From assembly GCA_044869275.1 (NCBI GenBank), contig JBIOXB010000195.1, positions 17,456 to 81,455 on the forward strand: DNA of 64,000 nucleotides, in the 5' to 3' direction. Position 1 is the first letter of the stretch, and every line of letters starts with the position of its first letter. Shown one piece after another: positions 27,288 through 37,457 of this stretch. Under the pieces are notes generated by a model that saw only the letters and a program-made list of their open reading frames with translations, searched no databases and was not told where the DNA came from. The translations under genes and the position numbers were made by a program. This stretch comes from a bacterium. Lineage in GTDB: Bacteria; Zhuqueibacterota; Zhuqueibacteria; Zhuqueibacterales; Zhuqueibacteraceae.

Positions 27288-30200
27288 ATGAAACGATTGG
27301 TATTCCTTTTCACGGCGGCTTTGATCGCGTTGGGGAGCTCCGTGATTTGGGCGCAACCCCAGCTCACCAGCATTACTTTTCTGAATGGTGGTGGCCAGCC
27401 CATCGACTGCTCGGGCGGCGGCACAGTGGCCGTGCAGTTGTTATTCAACAAAGCCATGAACAATGCCATTAAACCGTCGATCAAATATGGCTTGCAAGGC
27501 GGCGCCTATAATCTGAATGTGCCGTCAACCGGCAATTGGCAAGACAGCACCCTGTTTCAAGTGGTGTTCAACGTCAACGCCAGCGTGCCGGCGGGTCCTG
27601 ACGGCGTCTATTCTTTTCTGGTGTTCGGCGCGAAGGACACCGGCGGCGTGGCGATGGATTCCACATACAGCGACAGCTTGAACACGAACCTGCGCGTGTA
27701 CCGCAATGGCAACGTCGTGGCCGGCAAGGACACGGTGAACTTCGGCTTGGTTACATTAGGCAAGAGCAAGCTGGACAGTGTGACCATTACCAATTCCGGC
27801 TGCAGCAACATCGCCATCAACTCGGCCGTGCTGCTCAACGAGACGCATTACGCGCTGCTCAACAGCTTCAATGGCGTGGTCGTGAGGGACAGCAGCATCG
27901 TGGCGCGCCTGCGCTACCAGCCCACCACGCGGCAATTCCACCAAACGCTCCTGCGCGTTATTTTCACCGCCAACGGCGTTAAAGACACGCTCGAAGTCGT
28001 TTTACGGGGCCGCGGCAAAGGTCCGCGCATCGCATTTGTGCCGCCGGTCAATCTCAATTTCTTCACCGTCAGCGTGGGCGACTCGCTGACGAAATATGCC
28101 TTGGTGGTCAACCCGCCCGCGCCGGAGCTGGCTTCCAACGATACCTTGCGCGTGAGCAATATTGTGTCCTCCTTGCCGGCTATTTTCCGGGTGAATCCGC
28201 AGGACTTTCCCATGGTGATTGCGCCGGCGGATACCGATACGGTGCGCGTGACTTTCGCGCCCAACGCCGCGAGTACTTTCAACGCCAGCCTCACTTTCAC
28301 GACGAACGATTCCACTTTGCCGGCCTACAGCGTTTCCGTGGGAATGGCAGGACAGGGTAAAGTCGAGCAGCCGCCCGCACCGATCACCCAACTCGATTGG
28401 ACGCAGTACGGCGGCTATGCCGGGTATGCCTCGAGCGACACGCTGCTCTTTTGCCTGCCGGCCGGCCTCGATAGCGTCGCCTTCGTGCGCTGGAAGATCG
28501 ACAGCCTCGCGGCGCCACCGCAAAGCCAGAACGATTACACCGGCAGCGTGATTCCTTTTCTCAGTGGCGGCACGCTGTGCTACAAAATCCCGCTCAAGGG
28601 CGTGTTGCTCGCCAACCGGCGCTATTACTTCTACCTTTGGCTGGACGGCACGAACGGTGCTTCCGGCTGGTACAATTACTATTACAGCGCGCTCTATTAT
28701 TACATTGGCGCGCCCGTGCTGACCAATCTCAACATCAGCGGCTTATACTGGCCGGGCGGTTTTCCGTACTTCACGAACCTGAATTACCTTCCCGTCTGTT
28801 GGAATGTGGCCGACGGCCGCAATATTGCTGAAGTGCGATGGAAACTGGTACGCACTCCCACTCCTCCCACCAGCGATGCCGACACCACAAACGGCGGCAG
28901 GGACAGTCTGGCGGTAAGTGATACCACGCTCACCCTGTCCTGCTCCAATTTGCTGTTCAGCAATGGATTGCAGCAAGGCTACTGGTATGTTTATGTGTGG
29001 TTGATTGACAAAGCGGGAAATTCCGGCTACGCCGGGGCCTCCTCCTTCAGCTTCAAGTACGATACCAACGCCCCGGGCCAGCCCGGCGCAATTACGCAGA
29101 ACAGCCAGCGCAGTATTCCGGTCGCGATTTGGTTCGGCCAGAATACAAATCTGCGCCTGCGCTTCAGTTTGCCTGTAAACGGCCGAGACGCGGCGCGCAT
29201 GCGCTGGCGCTACAAGACAGCTCCGACGCCCCAGGACAGCACGTACAACGGTGATGCGCTGCTGGCGCGCGCCAACATCGGCGCGGATAGTGCCGGCTTC
29301 TCGGTTTTGTTCAACGATCCCGCTTTGTGCGGCAACGACACTCTGTATTTCTGGTTGGCAGATTCGGCCGGCAATGCGAACTATTCGAACAATCAGTGGA
29401 CGCCATATCTCTTCGACATGTGTCCGCCCACTCTCACGCGCGTGAAAAGCTTGAGCAACAATATCGCGCCGATCGGCCAGGCTTTCAATGATCGCTTGCT
29501 GGTGCAGGATCCGGATGCCGGCGTCGATACCGTGTGGGTCAACTATCGCCTGGGCGGCGCCAGCACCGATGCTCCTCCGATTCCGGCGTTCCGCGTCGGC
29601 ACCACGGATTCTTTCCAGTTCACCATTCCGATGGCCGGCGTCACGCGTCGCGGCATCGAATTCCGCGCCACCGCTCGCGATCAAGTGTTGGCGGCGTACA
29701 ACGGCCCCAACACCACCAACGGCCCAACGAATGCTCCGACCTGCTACAATTCTACCGGCGCCCAAAATGCCAACAGCAGTGCGGCAGATAGTGCCATGTA
29801 CTGGTATCCCATTCGCACCCGTGCTCTCGGCGACGGCGATTTCCGCGTCGATACGAATGGCAATCCCGTGCCTTTGGTTTACGGAGATACCACCGGCAGC
29901 TATCAGTTGTTCTCCATTCCGTATCAGCTCGACAATACCAATGCGCTCAACGCATTGCAGGATGATCTCGGCGCGTACGATGCCACGCAATGGCGTCTGT
30001 TCGATTACCTGCCGCAGAATCAATTGATCAATCCCTGGCTGGAAGGCGCCGCTGTCCGGCCCTTCATTCCCGGCCGTTCGTTCTTCATCATCACGCGCAA
30101 AGCCAACATCGTGTTGGACAGCGGTCCGGGCGTGACCCGGCGCACCGTCTGCCCCGACACCTTAACCGTCATCGCAGGTTGGAATTTGATCGCGACACCG

Positions 30201-31202
30201 TTCAACTTCCCGGTGCACAAGCGCTCGTTGCGTTTGATCAATGCCAATCAAGATACGGTCAGCCTATGGTCTTTTGAAAATCAGTGGACATTCACCGATG
30301 TCATGGACGCGTGGCGCGGCTACGCGATTTACGTGGTGCGCGGCCAGAACATTCCGGTGAATTTGCCCATTCAATTGATCGTGCAGCCCGTGGCAGTACC
30401 GGGTCGCATCGGTAAAGCCAGCGCACCGCAATTGGCGTGGCAGCGCGGCGAATGGGCCCTGCAAATTGCAGCACAGGCCAACGGCGCGCAGGATAATTAC
30501 AACTGGGCCGGCGTGCGCCAGGGCGCAGCGCCAGGCTATGATGCACACGAAATGGCGGAGCCGCCGGTGATTGGCGGTTACGTCTCCGTGTCTTTCCCGC
30601 ACGCGGAATGGCAGCAGCCCGCCGGAAGTTTCTGCACGGATTTTCGCGCCAATGACGGCGAAGATCAAGTGTGGAAACTCGAAGTGGCGACCAATCAAAC
30701 GCACAGCAACGTGCGCGTGCGCTTCGACTTCCTCGGCGATGTGCCCGCGGGAGCGAAAGTCTATGTGATTGACGAGGCGCTCGGCGCGGTGCAGGATCTG
30801 CGCGCGAACCCGGAATATACTTTCCGCAGCGGCTCGCAGCCCGTGCAAAAGCGCTTGAAGCTCGTGGTTGGCGGCCAGGAATTCGCCGCCAAAGAAGCGG
30901 GCAGCATTGCGCTGGTGCCGGCGAAGTTCGAAGTATTGCCGAACTATCCCAATCCGTTCAATCCCGAAACCAGCATTCGCTACAACCTGTCGCAAAGCGC
31001 GCCGGTGCGTGTCGAAATCTTCGACCAGCTCGGCCGCCGCGTGCGCACGCTGGTGAATGGCGAAATGCAACAAGCGGGTTATCAGAGCAAACTCTGGGAC
31101 GGCCGCGACGACGCCGGCCGTGTGGTGGCCACGGGCATTTACCTCTACAAGGTCACTGCCGGCAAGGAGTCGATTGCGAAGAAGATGTTGCTGCAGAAGT
31201 GA
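27288..31202 (+). CDS. Large secreted multi-Ig-domain protein (choice-of-anchor D/ASH-like domains) with C-terminal FlgD-Ig sorting domain
   Basis: SD gagg before MKRLVFLF; 'VNFG.V..G.S....V.I.N.G' domains; C-terminal 'NYPNPFNPETSIRY...WDGRDDAG..VATGIYLY'. Confidence 0.85.
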   Translation: MKRLVFLFTAALIALGSSVIWAQPQLTSITFLNGGGQPIDCSGGGTVAVQLLFNKAMNNAIKPSIKYGLQGGAYNLNVPSTGNWQDSTLFQVVFNVNASVPAGPDGVYSFLVFGAKDTGGVAMDSTYSDSLNTNLRVYRNGNVVAGKDTVNFGLVTLGKSKLDSVTITNSGCSNIAINSAVLLNETHYALLNSFNGVVVRDSSIVARLRYQPTTRQFHQTLLRVIFTANGVKDTLEVVLRGRGKGPRIAFVPPVNLNFFTVSVGDSLTKYALVVNPPAPELASNDTLRVSNIVSSLPAIFRVNPQDFPMVIAPADTDTVRVTFAPNAASTFNASLTFTTNDSTLPAYSVSVGMAGQGKVEQPPAPITQLDWTQYGGYAGYASSDTLLFCLPAGLDSVAFVRWKIDSLAAPPQSQNDYTGSVIPFLSGGTLCYKIPLKGVLLANRRYYFYLWLDGTNGASGWYNYYYSALYYYIGAPVLTNLNISGLYWPGGFPYFTNLNYLPVCWNVADGRNIAEVRWKLVRTPTPPTSDADTTNGGRDSLAVSDTTLTLSCSNLLFSNGLQQGYWYVYVWLIDKAGNSGYAGASSFSFKYDTNAPGQPGAITQNSQRSIPVAIWFGQNTNLRLRFSLPVNGRDAARMRWRYKTAPTPQDSTYNGDALLARANIGADSAGFSVLFNDPALCGNDTLYFWLADSAGNANYSNNQWTPYLFDMCPPTLTRVKSLSNNIAPIGQAFNDRLLVQDPDAGVDTVWVNYRLGGASTDAPPIPAFRVGTTDSFQFTIPMAGVTRRGIEFRATARDQVLAAYNGPNTTNGPTNAPTCYNSTGAQNANSSAADSAMYWYPIRTRALGDGDFRVDTNGNPVPLVYGDTTGSYQLFSIPYQLDNTNALNALQDDLGAYDATQWRLFDYLPQNQLINPWLEGAAVRPFIPGRSFFIITRKANIVLDSGPGVTRRTVCPDTLTVIAGWNLIATPFNFPVHKRSLRLINANQDTVSLWSFENQWTFTDVMDAWRGYAIYVVRGQNIPVNLPIQLIVQPVAVPGRIGKASAPQLAWQRGEWALQIAAQANGAQDNYNWAGVRQGAAPGYDAHEMAEPPVIGGYVSVSFPHAEWQQPAGSFCTDFRANDGEDQVWKLEVATNQTHSNVRVRFDFLGDVPAGAKVYVIDEALGAVQDLRANPEYTFRSGSQPVQKRLKLVVGGQEFAAKEAGSIALVPAKFEVLPNYPNPFNPETSIRYNLSQSAPVRVEIFDQLGRRVRTLVNGEMQQAGYQSKLWDGRDDAGRVVATGIYLYKVTAGKESIAKKMLLQK

Positions 31203-31312
31203 TGCTGGTTGCTTGATTCTGGTAGCTGGTTACCAGCGACTCTGACTCGCACTCATACTCCTACTCTGACTCGCTTTTGGATGGTACACGAGTAGGAGTG
31301 CAAAATACCATC

Positions 31313-31357
31313 AACAAAACGCCACTTGCTTGATTTGAGCAAGTGGCGTTTTTGTTT
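31313..31357. terminator. Bidirectional intrinsic terminator between convergent genes
   Basis: aacaaaacgccacttgct-tgatttg-agcaagtggcgtttttgtttt. Confidence 0.85.
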
Positions 31358-31411
31358 TCTGCGCTTGATTCTTTTGTCCCCATTAAACTGGATTTTGGCA
31401 CACTAAACTGC

Positions 31412-32188
31412 TTATTTCACCTTCGAGGCATTCAAAGCGCGCACCACGATCTGTTCTTCCTTCAAATGTCGCCGCAACCGCAATAGAATAGCCCGTGCAT
31501 TCGGCGTGTCGCTGTGAACACAAATTGTTTGCGCGGGCACCGGCACTTCCCGGCCGTCAACCGAAATAGCTTTTTGTTCTTTGATGATCCGAATTGCTTG
31601 CCGGCACGCAACTTCGGGATCCGAGATCAATGCGCCCGTTTTCGCACGGGGCCGCAACGTGCCATCGGATTCGTAGCAGCGATCGGCGAAGGCTTCGGCA
31701 GCAATGCGAAATCCCAGCTCTTGCCAGACTTTCAGCATTGTCGATCCGCATAATCCCACCAAAATCAAACGGCGCTCCCATTTGGCGACACCCTGCGCGA
31801 TGGCGGCAGCAACGCTTGCGTCTCGGGCAGCGACGTTGTATAAAGCCCCATGTGGTTTGACATGCTGCAGCTCGACGCCGAGTGCTTTCGCCATCCTGCC
31901 CAGCGTACGGACTTGTTCAAAGACAGTAGATTGAATATCCTCCTCGGTCAGTCGCATTTCCTCGCGGCCAAAATTAGCGCGGTCAGGATACGCGGGGTGA
32001 GCCCCAACGGCCACACCATGTTTCATGCAGAGCTCGAGAACGCGTGCCATCGTCTTCTCATCCCCGGCATGGCCGCCGCAAGCAATATTGGCGCTGGAAA
32101 TGAGTTTGATGATTTCCTGTTCGCTGCCATCTGCTAGCCCATGCGGCTGCTCGCCAACGTCGGCGTTGATATCGATAGTCGCTTCCAT
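31412..32188 (-). CDS. pxpA: 5-oxoprolinase subunit A (LamB/YcsF)
   Basis: IDINADVGE, SSANIACGGHAGD, GAHPAYPD, HVKPHGALYN, EAFADR, TICVHSD. Confidence 0.95.
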   Translation of the reverse strand: MEATIDINADVGEQPHGLADGSEQEIIKLISSANIACGGHAGDEKTMARVLELCMKHGVAVGAHPAYPDRANFGREEMRLTEEDIQSTVFEQVRTLGRMAKALGVELQHVKPHGALYNVAARDASVAAAIAQGVAKWERRLILVGLCGSTMLKVWQELGFRIAAEAFADRCYESDGTLRPRAKTGALISDPEVACRQAIRIIKEQKAISVDGREVPVPAQTICVHSDTPNARAILLRLRRHLKEEQIVVRALNASKVK

Positions 32189-32237
32189 TTTTTCGTGTAT
32201 TTCGTGAAGTTCGTGGTGAAATCTTGTGGAATTGAAA

Positions 32238-33539
32238 CTAAAAAGCCCGCACGTCAAGTTGACTGGCCCTGGTCTCGGGCATGAACAACATGAGCCCGGC
32301 TCCCAATAGAAAAAAGGCCGAGGTCAAAGCCAGGGCGCTGCCGATGCCCCAAACATCGGCCATCGCCCCTATCGTGAATGGCGCCAATGCGCTGAAGGCA
32401 CGACCTGCGTTATAAGCAAAACCTTGGGCGCTGCCGCGTACTTGCGTTGGAAACATTTCCGCCAACATCGCGCCGAATACGCTGAAATATCCATGGCCAA
32501 AGAACCCGATCACCGGGCCGAGCAGGAGCAGCATCGTGGCATTTCGGCCCAGATGTCCATAAAGAGGAACTAGGGCGGCGGCAGCAATGAGAAAGCTGAT
32601 GAATGCCGGCTTTCTGCCGAAGCGATCGGCAAGAAATCCAAAGGAAACGTAGCCCAGAAAAGCGCCGGCTTGCATGGGAATGATCCACGTTGAACTTTTC
32701 ACCATGGTCATGCCGGCACCGCCTTGCGCCGTCGAGCTCGACAAAAAAGCCGGTATCCACGTGAACAAACCCCAATAGGCGAACAGCACGCTGGCGGTCA
32801 TGGAGGTCGCGACCAGGGTCTTTGGCAAAAGCGGGGAACGAAAGATTTGGAGCAGAAAATCTCCGCGCGCAAGGGGGCGCAAGCCGTCATCTCTTCTCTG
32901 CCGGTTGGCGGCCTGCGCTTTTCGCGCAAGCCAGATGGCCGGTTCCGCGACCTGCTGGCGTATCCACAGCGTGAGCAATGCTGGCAAGATTCCCATTACA
33001 AAAAGAATGCGCCAGCCATACGCGGGCAAAAGGATTGCAGAAAAAAGCGCCGCCAAGATATAGCCGAGGGCCCAACCCGATTGCATCAGCCCGATGGCTT
33101 TGCCGCGATGCTCTGCCGGCCAGGTTTCCGCCACCAAGACCGAGCCTGCTGACCACTCGCCACCCAAACCGAGGCCGACCAATGATCTCCATAATATGAG
33201 TTCCGGAAGGCTGCGTGCGGTCGCGGTGAGCGCCGTAAAGCCTGAGTAGATCAGTATGGCATAAACCAATGCTTTCACACGACCGATTTTATCAGCGAGC
33301 ACACCTAACAAAACTCCACCCATTGCAGAGGTCAGCAGCGTGAGTGAAGCAAGGCCTCCGGCGGCAGCGCGGCTCAATTGAAACTCTTCGCGAATAGCGG
33401 TCAAGGCAAAGGCATAGAGCATCACGTCCATGGCATCGAGCATCCAGCCCAGCATGGCGGCGGATAGTGATTTCCATTGTTCGCGGGTGATGGAGCGATA
33501 CCAGGCTTGGGGATTCATAAGGCCAACGTGACTCAACAT
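32238..33539 (-). CDS. MFS transporter (aromatic acid/sialate-type)
   Basis: GWMLDAMD, LADKIGR, GLGLGGEW, EMFPTQVRG; about 12 TM helices. Confidence 0.92.
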   Translation of the reverse strand: MLSHVGLMNPQAWYRSITREQWKSLSAAMLGWMLDAMDVMLYAFALTAIREEFQLSRAAAGGLASLTLLTSAMGGVLLGVLADKIGRVKALVYAILIYSGFTALTATARSLPELILWRSLVGLGLGGEWSAGSVLVAETWPAEHRGKAIGLMQSGWALGYILAALFSAILLPAYGWRILFVMGILPALLTLWIRQQVAEPAIWLARKAQAANRQRRDDGLRPLARGDFLLQIFRSPLLPKTLVATSMTASVLFAYWGLFTWIPAFLSSSTAQGGAGMTMVKSSTWIIPMQAGAFLGYVSFGFLADRFGRKPAFISFLIAAAALVPLYGHLGRNATMLLLLGPVIGFFGHGYFSVFGAMLAEMFPTQVRGSAQGFAYNAGRAFSALAPFTIGAMADVWGIGSALALTSAFFLLGAGLMLFMPETRASQLDVRAF

Positions 33540-33593
33540 CTAGGTTGAGACTCAGGTCGAGGTAATTCTTGCACGCGCAATATGAATGTTGCG

Positions 33594-34538
33594 TTACGGC
33601 ATTAGCGCATTTTGTATGAATTGCGCGTCCTGGTGGCGCAAAAGCTCGATGGCTTCGTCGATACTGACAAATTGAAAATGCACCTCATCACGCGGCCGCA
33701 GTTGGCCGGCGCGACACAAATCGGCAGAAATAATGTTGGCGATTTTGGGATAGCCGCCGGTGGTGGGATGCTCGACAAAGAGGATGATGGGCTGCCCGTC
33801 CGGCGGCACCTGTATCGCGCCCAGTGCAACACCTTCGGTGATCATCTCTTTGGTCCTTTCTCTGGCGATCGTTTCGCCTTTTAGGCGCAATCCCACACGG
33901 TTCGAAGATTCCGAGATCATATACGGCGTAGAGGAGAAGAGACGAAGAGCCTGGTTGGAGAAAAAATCACGCTGCGGCCCGGGCGTTACTCGCAAGATTG
34001 AGCGTTCGCCCATATAGTCCGTCAACCCCGGTCGCACGGTGCGCTGTCGAAACGTTTCTGCCACGCGCGTTTCCGCGATGGCCAGCACTTCGCCTTTTTT
34101 AAGCTGGCGGCCCTGCCAGCCGCCGATGCCGGTTTGCAGATGTGTGGAGGCGCTTCCCATGACCATGGGGACATGAATGCCGCCATGAATGCAAAGATAG
34201 GCGCGAGCGCCGGAGGTCATAGCGCTGCATTGCAATGCCTGTCCTGGCCGCACCCGCGTGGAAGTCCACTGTGGAATTTTTTCGTTGTCCAGCCTGGCAT
34301 CGCAATTTGCACCGGTGATGGCAATAAGGCTGCCGGCTTCAAACTCAAATGCACCGCCGATGAGGGTCATCTCCAGCGCGCTGGCACTGGCTGGGTTGTT
34401 CACCAGCAGATTTCCCCAGAGCAAAGCACAGCGATCCGCCGCACCGGCAGGAGAAACTCCGAGATGAGCAAAACCGAAGCGGCCGAGGTCCTGTACGGTG
34501 GTGAGGAATCCTGGGGAGATGACTTTTAGCGACGGCAT
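33594..34538 (-). CDS. pxpC: 5-oxoprolinase subunit C (AHS2)
   Basis: TTVQDLGR, GARAYL, SNRVGLRL, GAIQVPPDGQPI, TTGGYPKIA. Confidence 0.93.
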   Translation of the reverse strand: MPSLKVISPGFLTTVQDLGRFGFAHLGVSPAGAADRCALLWGNLLVNNPASASALEMTLIGGAFEFEAGSLIAITGANCDARLDNEKIPQWTSTRVRPGQALQCSAMTSGARAYLCIHGGIHVPMVMGSASTHLQTGIGGWQGRQLKKGEVLAIAETRVAETFRQRTVRPGLTDYMGERSILRVTPGPQRDFFSNQALRLFSSTPYMISESSNRVGLRLKGETIARERTKEMITEGVALGAIQVPPDGQPIILFVEHPTTGGYPKIANIISADLCRAGQLRPRDEVHFQFVSIDEAIELLRHQDAQFIQNALMP

Positions 34539-34565
34539 AATTGAGAGTTATGCGCTATCCAACAT

Positions 34566-34699
34566 TCAGACTGTGTGAAAACCTGGAAATGCCGCACCCT
34601 GAGCTTGTCGAAGGGAGCTTGTCGAAGGGTGCTAAGTTCAAAAATCCGGCTTCGACAAGCTCAGCCGGTGTTGAAACCAAGCATTTTCACACAGCCTGA
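34566..34699. mobile_element. MITE/REP-like element with 16-bp terminal inverted repeats
   Basis: tcagactgtgtgaaaa ... ttttcacacagcctga (15/16); internal ctgagcttgtcgaagg / cttcgacaagctcag hairpin with a tandem duplication of gagcttgtcgaagg. Confidence 0.7.
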
Positions 34700-34728
34700 T
34701 TTCTCCCGAAGGCGAACGGGTATTCTAA

Positions 34729-35430
34729 TCATTCAAGCGAGCGTTGCTGCAACTTCTGAAACGCTTCACGCGATATTCTCTTGAACCTCACCTCATCTCC
34801 CAAACTAAGAAGCGAGAAAGGCTCTTTTTCCGGGAAAAACAGTCTTAACGGTGTTCTCCCAATGAGGCGCCAGCCGCCGGGCGTATTGCAGGGATAGATT
34901 CCCGTCTGGCTTCCGCCAATGGCCACACTGCCGGCCGGCACTTGGGTTCGCGGTGAGGGCAATCTGGCAGTGGCAAGGCGCGGCGACATTCCTCCCAAAT
35001 AAGCGAAACCCGGTATGAATCCGATAAAACAGAGGTAATACGCTCCGGTCGAATGAATCTCAATGACTTCTTCACGCGATATATCGTTTTGTACCGCTAC
35101 CTCATCTAAATCAGGCGCAAATTCGCTCTCATAACAAACCGGAATTTCGACACGGCGCGGGGTGGGCAAAGCCGCAGTGGTGATCTGCGATAGCATGCCA
35201 CGCAGGAATGACTCAATCTGCTCCAAGATCACACGCCTTGGATCGAACGAAACAAGCACCGAGCAATAGGCAGGATGAAGATTGAGAATAAAATCAGGGC
35301 GAGAAGCAAGAAGTTTTAGTGTGAGAGCCGACACGCGTTGATGATTCTCGCGGGAAATATCATCACCAAACGAGATCAACAGTGAATGGTCGCTGGTGGG
35401 CTGGAGCGAAAACGTGTCTGACATGATCAT
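34729..35430 (-). CDS. pxpB: 5-oxoprolinase subunit B (AHS1/KipI)
   Basis: IPVCY, GFIPGFAYLG, PAGSVAIGG.QTGIYP..TPGGW.LIGRTP. Confidence 0.93.
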   Translation of the reverse strand: MIMSDTFSLQPTSDHSLLISFGDDISRENHQRVSALTLKLLASRPDFILNLHPAYCSVLVSFDPRRVILEQIESFLRGMLSQITTAALPTPRRVEIPVCYESEFAPDLDEVAVQNDISREEVIEIHSTGAYYLCFIGFIPGFAYLGGMSPRLATARLPSPRTQVPAGSVAIGGSQTGIYPCNTPGGWRLIGRTPLRLFFPEKEPFSLLSLGDEVRFKRISREAFQKLQQRSLE

Positions 35431-35794
35431 ACCAAATACCGTGGCACAACATTCATGTTGCGTCCGATCCCAAAGAAGCTACGATCCTTGAACACGACGA
35501 TTTCTAGAAACGGTGCAAGTTATTCGCCCATGGAAAAGAAACTCCCACGGAAACGTGCCCATAGATTCATTTTACTGAAAAAATTAAGAAATCGCAACAT
35601 CGGCAATATTGTCCGTGCTTGCGTTATTCTCCTGATTGAAAAATTGGAAGCACTGCAATAGCCCTTCCCGGATGGCGTCGGGATAGGCTCAAAGTCGAGT
35701 CACCCAAGGACGGCTGAGTAGCAGGCGGGCTCTATTCGAGTGAAACAAATTGGTCATCGGCTCGACCAACGGCAACAACGGTGTTTGCAACAGA

Positions 35795-36058
35795 TCAAGC
35801 AGCCACGGCAAACGCGCGGGCATTAAGCGCTTCATCGGCGCGCAACGGCTGTATTTCAGACTCGTCGACCAGGATTATAGCAATGGTTTCGCCAATGGTT
35901 TCGCCAATGGCATTAAAAACTTCCAGCGAATAACCGGGCTCCCTGCCGGGCGAGGCCTGATGGCAATCCACAATAGTAGCAACGTCGCCGCGGCGCAAAT
36001 GTTTTGCTGGAAAATCGCGCGCCAATGCGACGCGTTGAAAGAGTTTATATTTGTTCAT
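35795..36058 (-). CDS. DUF4926-domain protein
   Basis: LFQRVALARD...LRRGDVATIVD...GYSLEVFNAIGET. Confidence 0.8.
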   Translation of the reverse strand: MNKYKLFQRVALARDFPAKHLRRGDVATIVDCHQASPGREPGYSLEVFNAIGETIGETIAIILVDESEIQPLRADEALNARAFAVAA

Positions 36059-36190
36059 GGCTTTTTTCCTTTCGTTTGAAAATCAATTCTGGCGTGGCGC
36101 ATGCCAAAATCAAGACGAATGACCGGCGCAATTTTGAAAACAAAAAAGATTTTTGTCTGGCCATTGCTTCTCTGCCTTCTGAATTCCTAT

Positions 36191-36697
36191 TTAGCGCGAT
36201 CCTCTCAATTTCAGAAACCTCTCGTCCATGCTCCCACAGAAAGTCTCGATTGCCCGTTTCAAATACACCCCATTCGAGCGCACGCAGCGAACGCCTTCAT
36301 TGATGACGCTCAATAAACCGGCATTCTTGATATAGCCCTCGCATTTGTCGGCACTGACCCACTTCCTTTTCCTCTTGTACTTTTCCGGCCAATCTTTGTG
36401 GAGTTTCGCCACTTCCAACAGGAAAGTCGGTATGGGATCACCCTTTGAACTGTCGCGGAATTTACCCACGCAAATCGGATGTGGTTTGCCCACCAAAACG
36501 CCGGCTTCCTCATAGGCCTCCTTGATGGCTGAGAGGTGAGGCCTCAGCCGTGCGGGAATCCCTCCTTTTGGTATAACCCACTTGCGACCACGCTTGCGAT
36601 CGGAAGAGGCGGTCACCAGCAGTATTTGGAGCTGATTCCTTACAAAACGATAGGGAATAATCGCCGACTTCTTGCGAGTCTTTTCAATGCCTCTCAC
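36191..36697 (-). CDS. Nudix hydrolase (DIPP-like)
   Basis: AIIPYR, ILLVT, WVIPKG, SAIKEAYEEAGV, WPE...RKRKW; GTG start after SD aaggag. Confidence 0.85.
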   Translation of the reverse strand: MRGIEKTRKKSAIIPYRFVRNQLQILLVTASSDRKRGRKWVIPKGGIPARLRPHLSAIKEAYEEAGVLVGKPHPICVGKFRDSSKGDPIPTFLLEVAKLHKDWPEKYKRKRKWVSADKCEGYIKNAGLLSVINEGVRCVRSNGVYLKRAIETFCGSMDERFLKLRGSR

Positions 36698-36976
36698 GGT
36701 ATCTCTCCTTCGGAGCTGCGAACACTGCAAATATCCGTCCCCGCCCTGCGAGCATTTGCTGACCCGCAAGGCGGGAGCCAGACAAGTGGAACGTCCGGGA
36801 TTTTGCCAGCCTGGCTAAACAATAAATACGCGCAATAAGTTTGAACTGCAAAATTTGGGGTAATCCTCAATAAATAAGGAGTTTGTGTGAGTCAGACATA
36901 AGCCCCCAATTTTGCCATACTTTGAATTGAGAGGAAGACTCGCTACTTATTGCGTCCGTGGTGTATCAAAAGTGTT

Positions 36977-36991
36977 ACAAACAAAGTGCCA
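36977..36991 (-). promoter_or_regulatory. Putative sigma-54 -24/-12 promoter
   Basis: Minus strand TGGCAC-TTTGT-TTGT, one mismatch to TGGCAC-N5-TTGC, in an AT-rich region upstream of the Nudix gene. Confidence 0.5.
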
Positions 36992-37457
36992 GTGCTGAAC
37001 TAAAAAACGCAACTAAGTGTCCCAAAACTTTGTAATCGTCATAAGTATTTTATAAATAAATAATCAAACGACGACCCAGTGCTGTGTCGAATTGAAAAGT
37101 TGTGAATAAAGCGATCAAAAGTTGTAACAGACTGAAACAGATGTGACAGAGTGGGCGGTTCATCAGAACCAAAAACGTAAGATGGTTGACTGCAAAATGA
37201 TTCGCAATGTAAATTTTATATTTCAGCCCGATATTTTTCTGTCTGTATTTCTGCCGCTTATTTGGGTGAGAGTTCTCAGTTTTGCCCTCCGCAGGCAGAA
37301 TGATGCCAAATCATTTTACCTTTGGCAAAATGTTACAACGTTTTCTCTGCGCTGCTGTCTTTTCCTCGCGCCGGCTGCGGCAATATCTACCCTGTTTTCC
37401 AGAGGCCTCGGCGACAAGACCTAGCAAAACAAGTGAACCAACACACGGAGGCAACAA

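Noticed and set aside
28743..30023. Long antisense ORFs (also 864-1820, 52450-53613, 59219-60247, 42037-42936)
   Set aside because: Shadow frames opposite well-supported genes in GC-rich DNA, with no recognisable motifs.
32189..32257. PxpA extension (FHHELHEIHEK)
   Set aside because: Comes from a 9-bp periodic repeat and overlaps the MFS stop.
36060..36250. Frameshifted continuation of the Nudix gene
   Set aside because: An alternative frame stays open briefly but I could not recognise a domain in it.
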